Assembly (NCBI GenBank): GCA_963734495.1
Contig: CAVTHK010000007.1
Location: forward strand, 64,001-128,000
DNA from: an uncultured Spirochaetota bacterium
GTDB lineage: Bacteria > Spirochaetota > Spirochaetia > SZUA-6 > CAVTHK01
Direction: 5' to 3'
DNA: 64,000 nt
This document shows, piece after piece, positions 18,123-29,795 of the stretch (the first letter of the stretch is position 1; the number at the start of each line of letters is the position of its first letter). Both the position numbers and the translations under genes were made by a program. The notes beneath the pieces are model-generated. The model ran no database searches. It saw only the letters and a list, made by a program, of their open reading frames with translations, and was not told where the DNA came from.

Positions 18123-19707
18123 ATGTCGAAGAGCCCCGCGATCGCCGCCGCATTTGCATGCTCGATCCTCCTGGCCGGATGCGGGGGCGCCAGGGGCCTC
18201 CCCGATCCGCCCGCCGGCCACGTGGTCGCGCCCCTCGCGCGCCCCGCGGGCCAGGCGGCGTCCGCCGGAGAGCGGCCTGCAGCCGGGCCGCAGGCGGCGG
18301 CGGCCCCGTCCCAGGCGCAGGCCGCCGCGAGCCAGGCGCCGACCCCGCGCCTCGCGCTTGCGCCGGGCGACCGGCTCCTCGACCTGATCGACACCAACCT
18401 CGACCTGGACCCGCCCGACGAGCAGATCCTCGTCGTGCAGTCCGGCGAGGGCCAGCCCATCCGCATCCTCGTGGCGGACTACGACGAGATCCGCCAGGGA
18501 TGGCGGCGGGCGGCGGATTACGCGACTCTCGCCACGAACGCCAGGGCCTTCCGCGTCGAGACCGAGGACATCGTCGGCGACTACACCCTCGAGATCGTCG
18601 CCCAGGGGGTGACCGCCGATTCCCGGACGACGCTCGACGTCCTGCGCCGGGTGCCGGCGCAGTCGGGCACCGGCATTTCGTTCACCCCGATCATCAGCGT
18701 GAGCGCCGACCGCTCCATCACGATCGACCGCCACCGCAGGCCGCAGTCGTACCAGTTCGGCCAGAGGTACGACGAGAGCTTCCCGATCTTTGTCGAGCGC
18801 AGTGACCCGCAGTCCGCCAACCAGCTCGACACCATTCGGGAGACCTGGCGCTGGCGCAACCAGGAGCGGCGGTACTCGAAGACCCTGGAGGAACGGATCC
18901 CCGGCGCGCATTTCGCGGTCGAAGCAGCTCGAGCAGCTCTTCTCGCCCGCGGCCACGGAGGCCGACTACCAGCAGTTCCTCGCCGGCCCGTGGTACCGCA
19001 AGAACGACGTCAAGAGCGTGCTCATGTTCGACGGGCGCACGATGAGCTTCTCCGACGGCGACGTTCAGGAGATCTACCAGATCGACTACTTCTCGCGGTC
19101 CGGCAACACGGTGCACCTCGACGCGCACAATTCCGCGCTGCAGCAGATCAAGAAGTGGATCACCCTGGTCATCGCGTCGCCCAACACGCTGCGGGTCGAC
19201 GTTCGCAACACCCCGTGGATCGCCGAAGAGGACCCGTGGCGGGGGAGTACGAGCGGCTGACCGCGGACCTCCAGCAGTCCGTGCTCGCGGCCCTGCGGAG
19301 GGCCCCGTCGGCCCCGCCCGCCCGCCTGGTCGGCATCTTCCGCGGCAGCGACGGCGTCGAGATCGCCTTCGATGCCCCTTCGTTCACGTGGATCGGCGCC
19401 GACGGCAGGAGCTCGGGCGGCGGGTTCGCGGTGATGGAGGGGCTGCCGCTCCTGAACGCGCACTACCTGGAGCGGGACGTTGCCGGCCCGGATCAACGTG
19501 ATCAACTTCAAGTTCCTCGAGGAGGCCGGGCTCAAGTCGACGGACAAGAGCTATCTCCTCGAGTACAAGGAGAAGGCCGACGCGAGCGCGGTCGTGCGCA
19601 CGATCGCGCTCACGCCGGTGAGCCTCACCGTGCGCGGTGCGGTGGCGACGAGCCATGACGCCGCCGTCTACGAGCAGATCGAAATGAAGGGTGACCCCCC
19701 GCGATGA
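18123..19707 (+). CDS. Lipoprotein, probable pallilysin-related adhesin (three apparent frameshifts near 18915, 19240 and 19485)
   Basis: Lipobox LAG-C; DTNLDLDPPDEQI; coding-like sequence continues across frames; lies near the VWA gene and cfpA, as I recall for tp0750/tp0751. Confidence 0.55.
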
Positions 19708-20186
19708 GCACTTTCATCACCGTGGCTTTCCTCTGCCTCCTTCCGATCTCGGAGCTCCGCGGCGGCCTTCCGTTCGCGCTGGCCAAAGGCTGGAACCCCG
19801 TCGTGGCGGTGACCGCGTGCGTCGCTCTCAACTGCCTCGCCGGTCCGATCACCTACGGCTTTGTCAACACCGTGCACCGTCTGCTCGTCCGGTGGAAGCC
19901 GTACGAGCGGGTCTTCGACAAGCTCATCAACCGCGCGCGGCGCAAGGTCGCGCCGCAGGTCGAGCGTTACGGCGCGTGGGGCCTCATCGTCTTTGTCGGG
20001 ATCCCCCTGCCCCTCACCGGGGCCTACACGGGCGCGATGGGCGCCTGGGTCCTCGGCATGTCCTTCCGCCGCGCCATCCTCCCCGTGTGCGCGGGCGTGG
20101 CGCTTGCGGGCGTGATCGTGACGGCGGTCTATTACCTGGTGACGGTCGCGGGCGTCGAGGCCCTCCGGATCTTCATCAAGGGATAA
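19704..20186 (+). CDS. Putative small multidrug-export family membrane protein (COG2426-like)
   Basis: LPISELRGGLP and FVGIPLPLTGAYTG motifs. Confidence 0.85.
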   Translation: MSTFITVAFLCLLPISELRGGLPFALAKGWNPVVAVTACVALNCLAGPITYGFVNTVHRLLVRWKPYERVFDKLINRARRKVAPQVERYGAWGLIVFVGIPLPLTGAYTGAMGAWVLGMSFRRAILPVCAGVALAGVIVTAVYYLVTVAGVEALRIFIKG

Positions 20187-20190
20187 CCGT

Positions 20191-22241
<2,051 letters not shown>

Positions 22242-22290
22242 GGGTTCCCCGGGGGCCACGACCCCGGTGAGACACTCGCGAGGTCCGGGC

Positions 22291-22318
22291 TAAGGCTCAT
22301 GGCCCCCGCCGCCGACGA
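22291..22318 (+). promoter_or_regulatory. Candidate sigma28-type promoter
   Basis: TAAG-N16-GCCGACGA, 34 nt upstream of ATG 22353. Confidence 0.3.
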
Positions 22319-22352
22319 TGGATAGTGGGGGCATCGGCCCCGGAGCCAACAG

Positions 22353-24824
22353 ATGAGCGCCCCGCAGCCTGTCATGGACAACGGACTTTCCCCGCAGAGC
22401 GCGCCGGCGGTTCCCGCGCGGCCGCAGCGCCGCCCGGGCGCGCCGCAGCGCGCGCGCAGGGCAGCGCCGCCGGCACCCGCGCCGCAGCAGCCCGGCAAAC
22501 CCGGCGAGGCGATCGCGTTCGACGACGCGGCCGGCATCTCGCCCGAGGACCAGAAAGAAATTCTCGGCGAGATCGAGAAGGTCGCCACCGAGAGCCGCAT
22601 CCAGGTCTCCGAGGAGATCTTCACGCTGCAGCCGCGGCGCCGCGGAGCGGTCTTCCCCTTCGTCATCAACCTGTTCTTCCTCTCCCTGCTGGTCGCCGGC
22701 ATCGCGGCGTTCGGCCGCATCTTCGGCGCGGAAGAGCGCTCTCTCACCCAGGAGGCGTCCGCGTTCGCCACCACCGAGGGACGCCTCATCGAAGAGCTGA
22801 AGAAGGAATCGCAGGAGAAGCTCCAGGAGAAGGACCAGCAGATCGACCAGATCCAGGGCCGCCTGTCCCGGCTCGACCAGGAGCGCCGGGACCTCGTGTC
22901 GTCGATGAACACCCGCATCCAGGACCGCGAGCGCGAGCTGCGCGCCGCGCTCCAGTCGGAGCTTGCGGCCGAGCGCGAGCGCCTCCGCGGCCAGGGCGTC
23001 TCCGAGGCGGTCATCGACGCGCGGCTTGCGACGCTGGAGACGCAGAAGGGCCAGGAATACAACAGCCGGCTCGCCGCGTTCCGGGCGCAGGCCGAGGACG
23101 AACGCAGGAGGGCCGAGGAGCAATTGCGCGTAGTGCAGGCCGAGTACAGCCGCAGCCTTCAGGGCCTCACCCAGGAGCGCGACCAGCTCACGGCGGACGC
23201 GAAAAAGAGGGAGGACGATCTCCGCAGCCAGCTCGAGGCCAGCTCGCGCTCGCTCGAGCGGGAAAAATCGGCCATCGAGCAGCGGCTCGCGCGCATCTCC
23301 GAAGAGAGGCAGAAGGAAGCGCTGGTCGCGAGCCAGCTCAACGGTTTCTACGGAAACGTGCGGGACCACCTGCGAAGCGCGCGCTACGATCAGGCCCTCC
23401 AGAGCCTCGCGAACATACGCTCCTACCTGAACGAAGACGGCATCGCGCAGCTTCCGGCGGTGGCGGCCCGCCGCGACGTCGAGCTCTTCGTCGTCGACTC
23501 GCTGACCCGCCTCGTCGAGACGCAGAGGTCCCAGGACGCCACGGACACGTCGTCCATCGTGGCGCAGGCCGCGCTGATCACCGAGATCCGGCAGGCGGTG
23601 GCGGCGGCCGACGCGGCCGCGGCCCGCCGCGACCTCCCGGAGGCCGAGCGGCTCTACCGCCGCGCGATCGCGCTCGTCCCGGACGTCGAGAAGAGCTACG
23701 CGTACCTCGCCTCTCTCGGCGACCGGAACGAAAGCGACCGGACCGCGCGCCTCGACGGGCTGCTGGCGCAGGCGGAGGCCGCTTTCACGCAGGGCCAGCA
23801 GGAGCGGGCGCTGGGGTTCTACCGGCAGGCGCTCGAGTTCCTGCCGGCCGATGCGGCGGCGAGGGACCGCCTCCTCGCGCGCGTGCAGGCCATCGGCGCG
23901 GGCAGGGAGCGCGTCGACGGCGCGGCCGCGGCCCCGCCCCTCGAGGAGGGCCGGGCGATGCTGGCCCAGGCGCGCTACCCGGAGGCGGTGGGCGCCTACG
24001 TCGAAGTGCTGATGCGCCGGCCCTCCCCTGCCCAGTCCCGGGAGGCTGTGGACGGGATCAACCGCGCCGTGGCGCAAGCGAAGCAGGCGTCCGCGGCGGG
24101 CGGCGGGGCGGTCGAGCAGCAGCTCGCGGCCCGGCTCGCGGAAATCGAGGAGCTCAAGCGCGAGGTCGCGGCCCGCGACGCGAGAATCCAGGCGTCGGAA
24201 AAAGAGGTGGCGGATCTCCAGGCCGCCCTCCAGGCCCTCAAGGCGAACGCGTCCCCGGACTCGGCCGCCCTCGCGGCGGAGCGGGACCAGGCGCGCGCGG
24301 ATCGGGAGCGGCTCCTCGCCGACATCGACGGCCTGAACAGGGAGCTCGCGACGCTCAAGGACGAGCTCGCGGTTCTGCGGCAGAAGGGGCCCGACGCCGC
24401 GACCGGTTCGAGCGGCGAGGCCGCGAGCCGCGATGAGATGCAGCGGCTGCTCCGCATCGAGAAATCGTTCCAGGACCTGCAGCAGAGCTACCGGCAGTAC
24501 GCCGCGTCCGAGGACCGGATCCTGAAGAGCCAGGGCGAGGCCGGCCGGCTGGAGAGCAAGCTCAAGCTCGACGCTTTTCTCACATCCGAGATGATGGAGA
24601 GCGCTTTCCCGGGGCTCTTCAACCGCATCAAGAAGTACGACCGCGCCTTCCAGGCCGTCGGACGCGACGTCGCGATCCAGGAGCTTTCGGATGTCGTCCA
24701 GAGCCTGACGAAGCTCGACTCCGCCAGCGCGCGTCTCGCCGAGCTCGACAAGCGCATCAAGACAAGCCCGGCGGACGCCCCGATGGTCGAGCTGCTGAGC
24801 GAGCTCAAGCGACTGGTCAGGTAG
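22353..24824 (+). CDS. Membrane-anchored long coiled-coil/TPR protein
   Basis: Single TM (FVINLFFLSLLVAGIAAF); long E/Q/R/L heptads; central TPR-like helices. Confidence 0.8.
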   Translation: MSAPQPVMDNGLSPQSAPAVPARPQRRPGAPQRARRAAPPAPAPQQPGKPGEAIAFDDAAGISPEDQKEILGEIEKVATESRIQVSEEIFTLQPRRRGAVFPFVINLFFLSLLVAGIAAFGRIFGAEERSLTQEASAFATTEGRLIEELKKESQEKLQEKDQQIDQIQGRLSRLDQERRDLVSSMNTRIQDRERELRAALQSELAAERERLRGQGVSEAVIDARLATLETQKGQEYNSRLAAFRAQAEDERRRAEEQLRVVQAEYSRSLQGLTQERDQLTADAKKREDDLRSQLEASSRSLEREKSAIEQRLARISEERQKEALVASQLNGFYGNVRDHLRSARYDQALQSLANIRSYLNEDGIAQLPAVAARRDVELFVVDSLTRLVETQRSQDATDTSSIVAQAALITEIRQAVAAADAAAARRDLPEAERLYRRAIALVPDVEKSYAYLASLGDRNESDRTARLDGLLAQAEAAFTQGQQERALGFYRQALEFLPADAAARDRLLARVQAIGAGRERVDGAAAAPPLEEGRAMLAQARYPEAVGAYVEVLMRRPSPAQSREAVDGINRAVAQAKQASAAGGGAVEQQLAARLAEIEELKREVAARDARIQASEKEVADLQAALQALKANASPDSAALAAERDQARADRERLLADIDGLNRELATLKDELAVLRQKGPDAATGSSGEAASRDEMQRLLRIEKSFQDLQQSYRQYAASEDRILKSQGEAGRLESKLKLDAFLTSEMMESAFPGLFNRIKKYDRAFQAVGRDVAIQELSDVVQSLTKLDSASARLAELDKRIKTSPADAPMVELLSELKRLVR

Positions 24825-24854
24825 CTCGCGGACCCGAGCCGCGCGCGCGGTCCG

Positions 24855-25955
24855 TCACTCCAGGCTCGTCACGTCCGCGGTGGGCCAGGAGTACACCTCG
24901 AAGCTGAGGCTGCGCTCGCCGCCGTCCTGCTCGCCGGTGATCAGCGGCAGCACGAACAGCATCCGCAGGCGGGCTTCGGCCGAATCCCAGTATTCGCCCG
25001 CATAGCGCAGGGCGCCCATCGGGAAGTGCGAGAGCCTCCTTCCGTCCGCGCCGTAGATGCGCGCCTCGTCGCCGTGGCGGGCGAACAGCCGCCCTGTGCT
25101 GAGCACCGCGTCGATCCGGAATCCGTCCAGGAGCAGGGACGCGGTCGCGGAGGTGTTGCTCCATCGATAGGTCGTGCAGGCGCCATAAACGCCGGGCACG
25201 GACAGGTAGCTGTAGCCGGTCGCGGGGCTGTAGTGGTAGAACGAGGTCGTATCGATCGCCGCCGGCAGGCCGGCGATCGGCGCCGATGCCAGGACCGGAC
25301 CGGTCAGCGAAGGCGGCGAGGACCCATCGAGAGTCACCTCCCCTTCCTGGTAGCCGGTGCCGGCAGTGACCGGCGCCACGAAGCGCAGCCGACGCTGCGT
25401 CGGGAGCGCGGGGTCCGGCGGGTACACGAAGACGCCGACCACGTTCGGGGCCATCGAGGCGAACGCGGCTTGCGATGCCACCCAGCCCTTGAAATCGTTG
25501 TTAGGCGGCGCCGGGTCCTCGAGAGCGAGCGTCGAGCCGAGCACGCCGATCCACGTCCACAGGAATGGAGTCGACAGCCGCATGAGGAGGAGCCGGCCGG
25601 CAGCCGCCGGCGCGCTCAGCAGCATCGGCACGCGCGCGTCCTGCCACAGGCCGCTGCTCCACTGCCCCGGCGCCACGATGCCCCCGCCGGGCGAATAGGC
25701 CGCGACTACGTACCCCGGGCCGGTGCCCAGAATCCACCCCTGGAGCATGCCTCCGTCGAGCGCGGCGCGCTCGGGCACGAACGCATAGTCGACCGTCGCG
25801 TCGATGCTGCCGACGAACGGCCCTGCGACGCCGACGAGGTCCAGCTTTGCCGTCGTGAGCCGCGCCAGCGACAGCTCGGGGTTGAACGGCGGGAAACGGC
25901 AGGCCGCGAGCGACGCGAGCAGCAGCGCGAGGAGGGCGCGCCTCACCTGTACCAT
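24855..25955 (-). CDS. Hypothetical lipoprotein
   Basis: MVQVRRALLALLLASLAA-C lipobox; start overlaps the upstream gene's end. Confidence 0.75.
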   Translation of the reverse strand: MVQVRRALLALLLASLAACRFPPFNPELSLARLTTAKLDLVGVAGPFVGSIDATVDYAFVPERAALDGGMLQGWILGTGPGYVVAAYSPGGGIVAPGQWSSGLWQDARVPMLLSAPAAAGRLLLMRLSTPFLWTWIGVLGSTLALEDPAPPNNDFKGWVASQAAFASMAPNVVGVFVYPPDPALPTQRRLRFVAPVTAGTGYQEGEVTLDGSSPPSLTGPVLASAPIAGLPAAIDTTSFYHYSPATGYSYLSVPGVYGACTTYRWSNTSATASLLLDGFRIDAVLSTGRLFARHGDEARIYGADGRRLSHFPMGALRYAGEYWDSAEARLRMLFVLPLITGEQDGGERSLSFEVYSWPTADVTSLE

Positions 25956-27178
25956 CGCAGCCCCACCCTGAACGCGACGAAGTCGATCAGCACTCCGCCG
26001 AGCGCCCCGCCCCACCACGGCTTGTAGAAGTAGCCGCCGCTCCGCTGGCCGTCGACGGTGATCGTGGCCTCGACTGTCGTAGAGTCCGCGCCGTGGACGT
26101 CGTAGACGACCGGGCCGTAGTCGGCGAACATCCGCGCACGCTTCGTCCCCTTGACCTCGACCCCGGCGGCCACGCGGTACGCGAATGCCGCGACGGGGTC
26201 CAGCGCTACGACGCGGTCCGTGTGCATGAGGCGTGCAGCGCCGGACGCGTCGACGTAGGGCCGCACGGCGGCGTCCGCGTCGAGAGGGGTGTAGCCGAAG
26301 CCGGCGACGAGCTCAGTGAGCGGAAGGTTCGCGGCGGTCTCGTCTTCGCCTTCGTTGCGGAGCCACGGGGCGAACACGTACGTGGTGAGCCCGAGGCGGA
26401 AATAGAACGGCCCGAGCAGCCTTCCCGCCGATGCACCCAGGTAGCTCAGGTTCAGGGTGTACCCTTCGAACAGCCAGCGAGGAGCCGGCGTCTGCGGGAC
26501 GCTGACCGTGCCGTCGGCGGCGGAGAGGTAGAGCTCCTCGCGCGCGGGCAGGTCTCCGTCCCGCAGCGCCTCGATCCGGTAGAACCCGGGCCTGACCACG
26601 GCCACGCGGCCCGTCCCGTCGGGACCGATCTGCACCGGCTTTTCCGCCAGGCCCTCCACGGCCGTTCCCGGCAGCGCCTCCACGGCGATCTCCGCGGCGC
26701 TGGCCACCGGCTCCCCCGCTTCTCCGCCCGCGAACTGCGCCGCCACCGCGGCCGCGAGACCGTCCCACGTCGCGACGTCGGCACCGGACAGGGCGGGCAC
26801 AGGGAAGGTCTTCGCGGCGACGAGCCTGCCGCTGCGGAGGTCCGCGCCGGTGACGGCGGCGCTCAGCCCCCCGCCGCCGCGCGAAACCGAAACGCGGACC
26901 CACGCATCCGCTCCCCGGCTCGACGCCTTGGCGCCGCGTTCCTCGTCGGACGCGGGCACCGCGAGCGTGTCGGATTCAACGACGGCGACGGACGCGCGCT
27001 GCAGCCGCGCGAGCAGCGTCTCGTAGAGGAAAACGAGGTCTTCCCGCGCCAGGGCCCCGGGCGGCGACGCCTCGAAGTACAGCATGACCCGCCGCCTGGC
27101 GTCCTGCTCCAGGGACCAGGCAAGAACGGCCGAGAGCGCGAGCAGGGCCCCGATCGCAACCCTTCTTCTCAATCTCAT
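25943..27178 (-). CDS. Exported protein, probable outer-membrane beta-barrel C-terminus
   Basis: Signal peptide; TGATG coupling with the upstream gene; alternating aromatic strands ending FRVGLRWYR. Confidence 0.7.
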   Translation of the reverse strand: MRLRRRVAIGALLALSAVLAWSLEQDARRRVMLYFEASPPGALAREDLVFLYETLLARLQRASVAVVESDTLAVPASDEERGAKASSRGADAWVRVSVSRGGGGLSAAVTGADLRSGRLVAAKTFPVPALSGADVATWDGLAAAVAAQFAGGEAGEPVASAAEIAVEALPGTAVEGLAEKPVQIGPDGTGRVAVVRPGFYRIEALRDGDLPAREELYLSAADGTVSVPQTPAPRWLFEGYTLNLSYLGASAGRLLGPFYFRLGLTTYVFAPWLRNEGEDETAANLPLTELVAGFGYTPLDADAAVRPYVDASGAARLMHTDRVVALDPVAAFAYRVAAGVEVKGTKRARMFADYGPVVYDVHGADSTTVEATITVDGQRSGGYFYKPWWGGALGGVLIDFVAFRVGLRWYR

Positions 27179-28389
27179 CAACGCCACTTGTACACCAGGC
27201 CGACGGACATGGGCGGTCCCATGTCCTGAATCTGGAGCCATCCCCGCGGGAGGAGGTCGGACGAGTCCTCGATGGCGTACTTGCCTTCGACGCGGAAGTA
27301 GACCGCCCATTTCCGCGTGTTCCACTCGAGCCACAAGTTCGCCGGGCTCACGTAGAGGTCGACTGCGTCGCCCGCGTCCCGCTCCGCGAAGATCGTGACG
27401 ATGCCGCCGAAGCCTGCCGCGAGGCCCACCCGGAAGGGCGAGTACGGGCCCAGGAAGAGGTAGCGGCCCACGAGGAAGCGGATGTCGTCGTGGAACACCG
27501 GCGAGGCCTCGGGCGCGAAGTTGCTCTGAAGGTAGAAGTAGCTGTCGCCGCTCACGAAGAGCCTGTCCGGCTCCAGATAGTAGCGCACGCCCAGGCCCAG
27601 GCCGACGATCTGTCCGGTCGTGTACACGGCCTCCGCGGCCCACCGGGTTTCGGGCCACATCGGGCCCAGCGCGGTTTCGCCGGCCCCGGGGGCCACGCGG
27701 ATCTTCTGGGAGCGGGGCTGGAACCCCGGCTTGCGGGTTTCCACCGTCAGCCGCAGACCGCCCGTGGCCGTCGGCAACACGGCCCGCCCCTGCGCGACGG
27801 TGGCGATCGGCCGGCCGCCGATGAGGACCTCGGCGCCTTCGTCCACGGACCGCAGCGTGAGGTCGTGCACCCTGGAGGCGAGCTCGGGCGGCACCGGCCC
27901 GGCTGCGGGCTCCACGAGCGAGAGCGCATCGACTACAGCGTCGTTGACGAGAATCGTGACGGCCAGGCCGGTGCGACCGCTGCGGACGGCCGAGGCGATC
28001 AGCCGGTCGTCCTTCGCGTCGTAGAGTCTGACCTCGAGGACGATGCGGTTGTCCTCTATGCGGTAGGAGCCGGTGATCGCCAGATCCGCGCCGAGGGCGC
28101 GCGCCACAGCGACCGCCTTCGGCCCGAACACGAGGTCCCCGGCCGGGATCCCGAGGCGCGCCCTGGCCTGCTCCCAGAGCGCGGGCTCCACGACGCGCAG
28201 CCCGGCGTTCGACGCCTCGACGTTCAGCGCCTCGGCGAGGATCCGCCCGTATTGCTCTTCGGCCCCACCCGGCGACAGGTTCGCTGCGGTCAACACCACC
28301 GCGGTGCGCCCGGCACCCGGCTGTTGCTGAGCGGCCGCGCATGCGGCGGCGGCAAGCAGCAGACAGAGACCAACCGGTAAGCGGATGAT
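27178..28389 (-). CDS. Exported protein with TolB-N/CsgG-like N-domain, PEGA-like domain and probable beta-barrel (likely ATC start)
   Basis: ALGADLAITGSY...LEVRLYD; GAEVLIGG; ends SVGLVYKWR; SD GGGAGG before ATC ATC. Confidence 0.7.
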   Translation of the reverse strand: MIRLPVGLCLLLAAAACAAAQQQPGAGRTAVVLTAANLSPGGAEEQYGRILAEALNVEASNAGLRVVEPALWEQARARLGIPAGDLVFGPKAVAVARALGADLAITGSYRIEDNRIVLEVRLYDAKDDRLIASAVRSGRTGLAVTILVNDAVVDALSLVEPAAGPVPPELASRVHDLTLRSVDEGAEVLIGGRPIATVAQGRAVLPTATGGLRLTVETRKPGFQPRSQKIRVAPGAGETALGPMWPETRWAAEAVYTTGQIVGLGLGVRYYLEPDRLFVSGDSYFYLQSNFAPEASPVFHDDIRFLVGRYLFLGPYSPFRVGLAAGFGGIVTIFAERDAGDAVDLYVSPANLWLEWNTRKWAVYFRVEGKYAIEDSSDLLPRGWLQIQDMGPPMSVGLVYKWR

Positions 28390-28425
28390 GCACCCTCCCT
28401 TGCGGTCCCCTGTCGCCGTCGGGCT

Positions 28426-28663
28426 GAGCCATCCGTGGCTCTTGCCCACGCGGTCGTACATCTCCGGCGAGTACGCACCCCCTCGCTGCGCTCGGGGCCT
28501 TCGGGGACCAGGGCGCATGTACTCGCGTGGGCAAGCCCATCCATGGCCGGCCTTGCCTGGCGCTATCGTACGTCCATGTACAGCGCCGGGCTGAGCCGTC
28601 CATGGCTCTTGGCCGGCGCTATTGTACATCCGTGTACGCGCCGGCCTGTGGCATCCCTGCCAC
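28426..28663 (-). repeat. Array of six ANGGA-loop hairpins (CsrA-site-like or REP-like)
   Basis: Minus-strand hairpins GTGGCAGGGATGCCAC, GTACACGGATGTAC, GAGCCATGGACGGCTC, GTACATGGACGTAC, CCATGGATGG, GAGCCACGGATGGCTC. Confidence 0.85.
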
Positions 28664-28692
28664 TTGCAAACCCTCGGAAGTGTATATATCAT
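28664..28692 (+). promoter_or_regulatory. Sigma70-type promoter for the TPR-greA-VWA operon
   Basis: TTGCAA-N17-TATCAT in an AT-rich patch. Confidence 0.55.
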
Positions 28693-28826
28693 CAACTTGG
28701 ACTAAATCAAGCTCGCAACAAGAGCTATGTGTACGGGAGAACAGCGGGCCAGCAGCTCTCGGCGATGGCGACCCTCCTGGCGCGGCGCCGGGGAGCGTTC
28801 GCCTGTCGACGCCAGTGTGTTCGGCG

Positions 28827-29777
28827 ATGGAAGAGAAGCAGCTGACCTTCAAGGAAGACGAGATCTCGCAGATGCTCAATCACGCCTTCGACCTGTTCCG
28901 GGAAGGGCGCTTCCCCGAAGCGGCCTCCCAGCTCGAGAAGGTGCTGCGCATCGACTTCGACTACCCTGACGTCACCGCCTCTCTCAAGTGCGCCAACTTC
29001 TGGCGCGAAAGGCAGGAGCAGCTCGCCACCATCGGAGAGCCCTACGAGCGGGGCGAGCTCCTGCTCGGAGAGTGGCGTCATTTCGTCGACTTCGTGCAGC
29101 GGATCGGCGGGGTCTCGGAAAAGGGCCTGTTCAGCGTGAGGCAGTACGTGTTCGGCACGGCGCTCGCGGCCTACCGCGGCCTCGCCGAGCAAGGCGGGTA
29201 CGACGCGGACCTGCTGCTGCGGATCGGGCGCTGCTACAAGGAGCTGGGGAGCTACGACCTCGCGATCGAGAGCCTGGAAAAGGCCAATCAGATGAAGAAT
29301 GGCGTCCCGTCGGTCCTCGCGGAGCTGGCGGACTGCTACGCCCTCGTGGGAGAGACGAGGTCCAGCAAGATCTTCTTCCGCGAGGCGTTCTTCCTGGGCG
29401 CCCGCGAGATCGATCTCTCGACGCTGGAGTCCGGCATGATCCAGAGGCTCGTGCAGCGGCTTCGGGGGATGGACCTGAGCGAGTCGGAAGTGCGCGAATG
29501 GGTCCCGGTCTACGGCACGGTGTACGGCGTGCTGAACGTCAAGCGGGAGCTGCGGCCGCTCGAATACGGCAAGCTCAAGCAGTCGATCTTCCGCATGGAG
29601 AACCAGCTCGAGACCGACAGGCAGGAGCGCGATCTGCTGGTGCCGCGCCTGCTGAACCATTACTTCTGGCTGATCGACCATTACGCGAGCACGGGTGAGG
29701 AGCGCGCACACGTCGAGGAGGTCCTCACCAGGGTAAAGCGCCTCGACCCAGCGATCTACAGGGAATACACGCGATAG
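28827..29777 (+). CDS. TPR protein upstream of greA
   Basis: ATG 28827; TPR motifs (LLRIGRCYKELGSYDLAIESLEKA). Confidence 0.85.
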   Translation: MEEKQLTFKEDEISQMLNHAFDLFREGRFPEAASQLEKVLRIDFDYPDVTASLKCANFWRERQEQLATIGEPYERGELLLGEWRHFVDFVQRIGGVSEKGLFSVRQYVFGTALAAYRGLAEQGGYDADLLLRIGRCYKELGSYDLAIESLEKANQMKNGVPSVLAELADCYALVGETRSSKIFFREAFFLGAREIDLSTLESGMIQRLVQRLRGMDLSESEVREWVPVYGTVYGVLNVKRELRPLEYGKLKQSIFRMENQLETDRQERDLLVPRLLNHYFWLIDHYASTGEERAHVEEVLTRVKRLDPAIYREYTR

Positions 29778-29795
29778 AAGCGTCAGAGGGAGAGT

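Noticed and set aside
25943-28695. Track ORFs of 886 aa and 505 aa starting inside the hairpin array
   Set aside because: The N-terminal extensions only read through the repeat or the neighbouring gene; signal peptides and SD or coupling place the starts at 27178 and about 28389.
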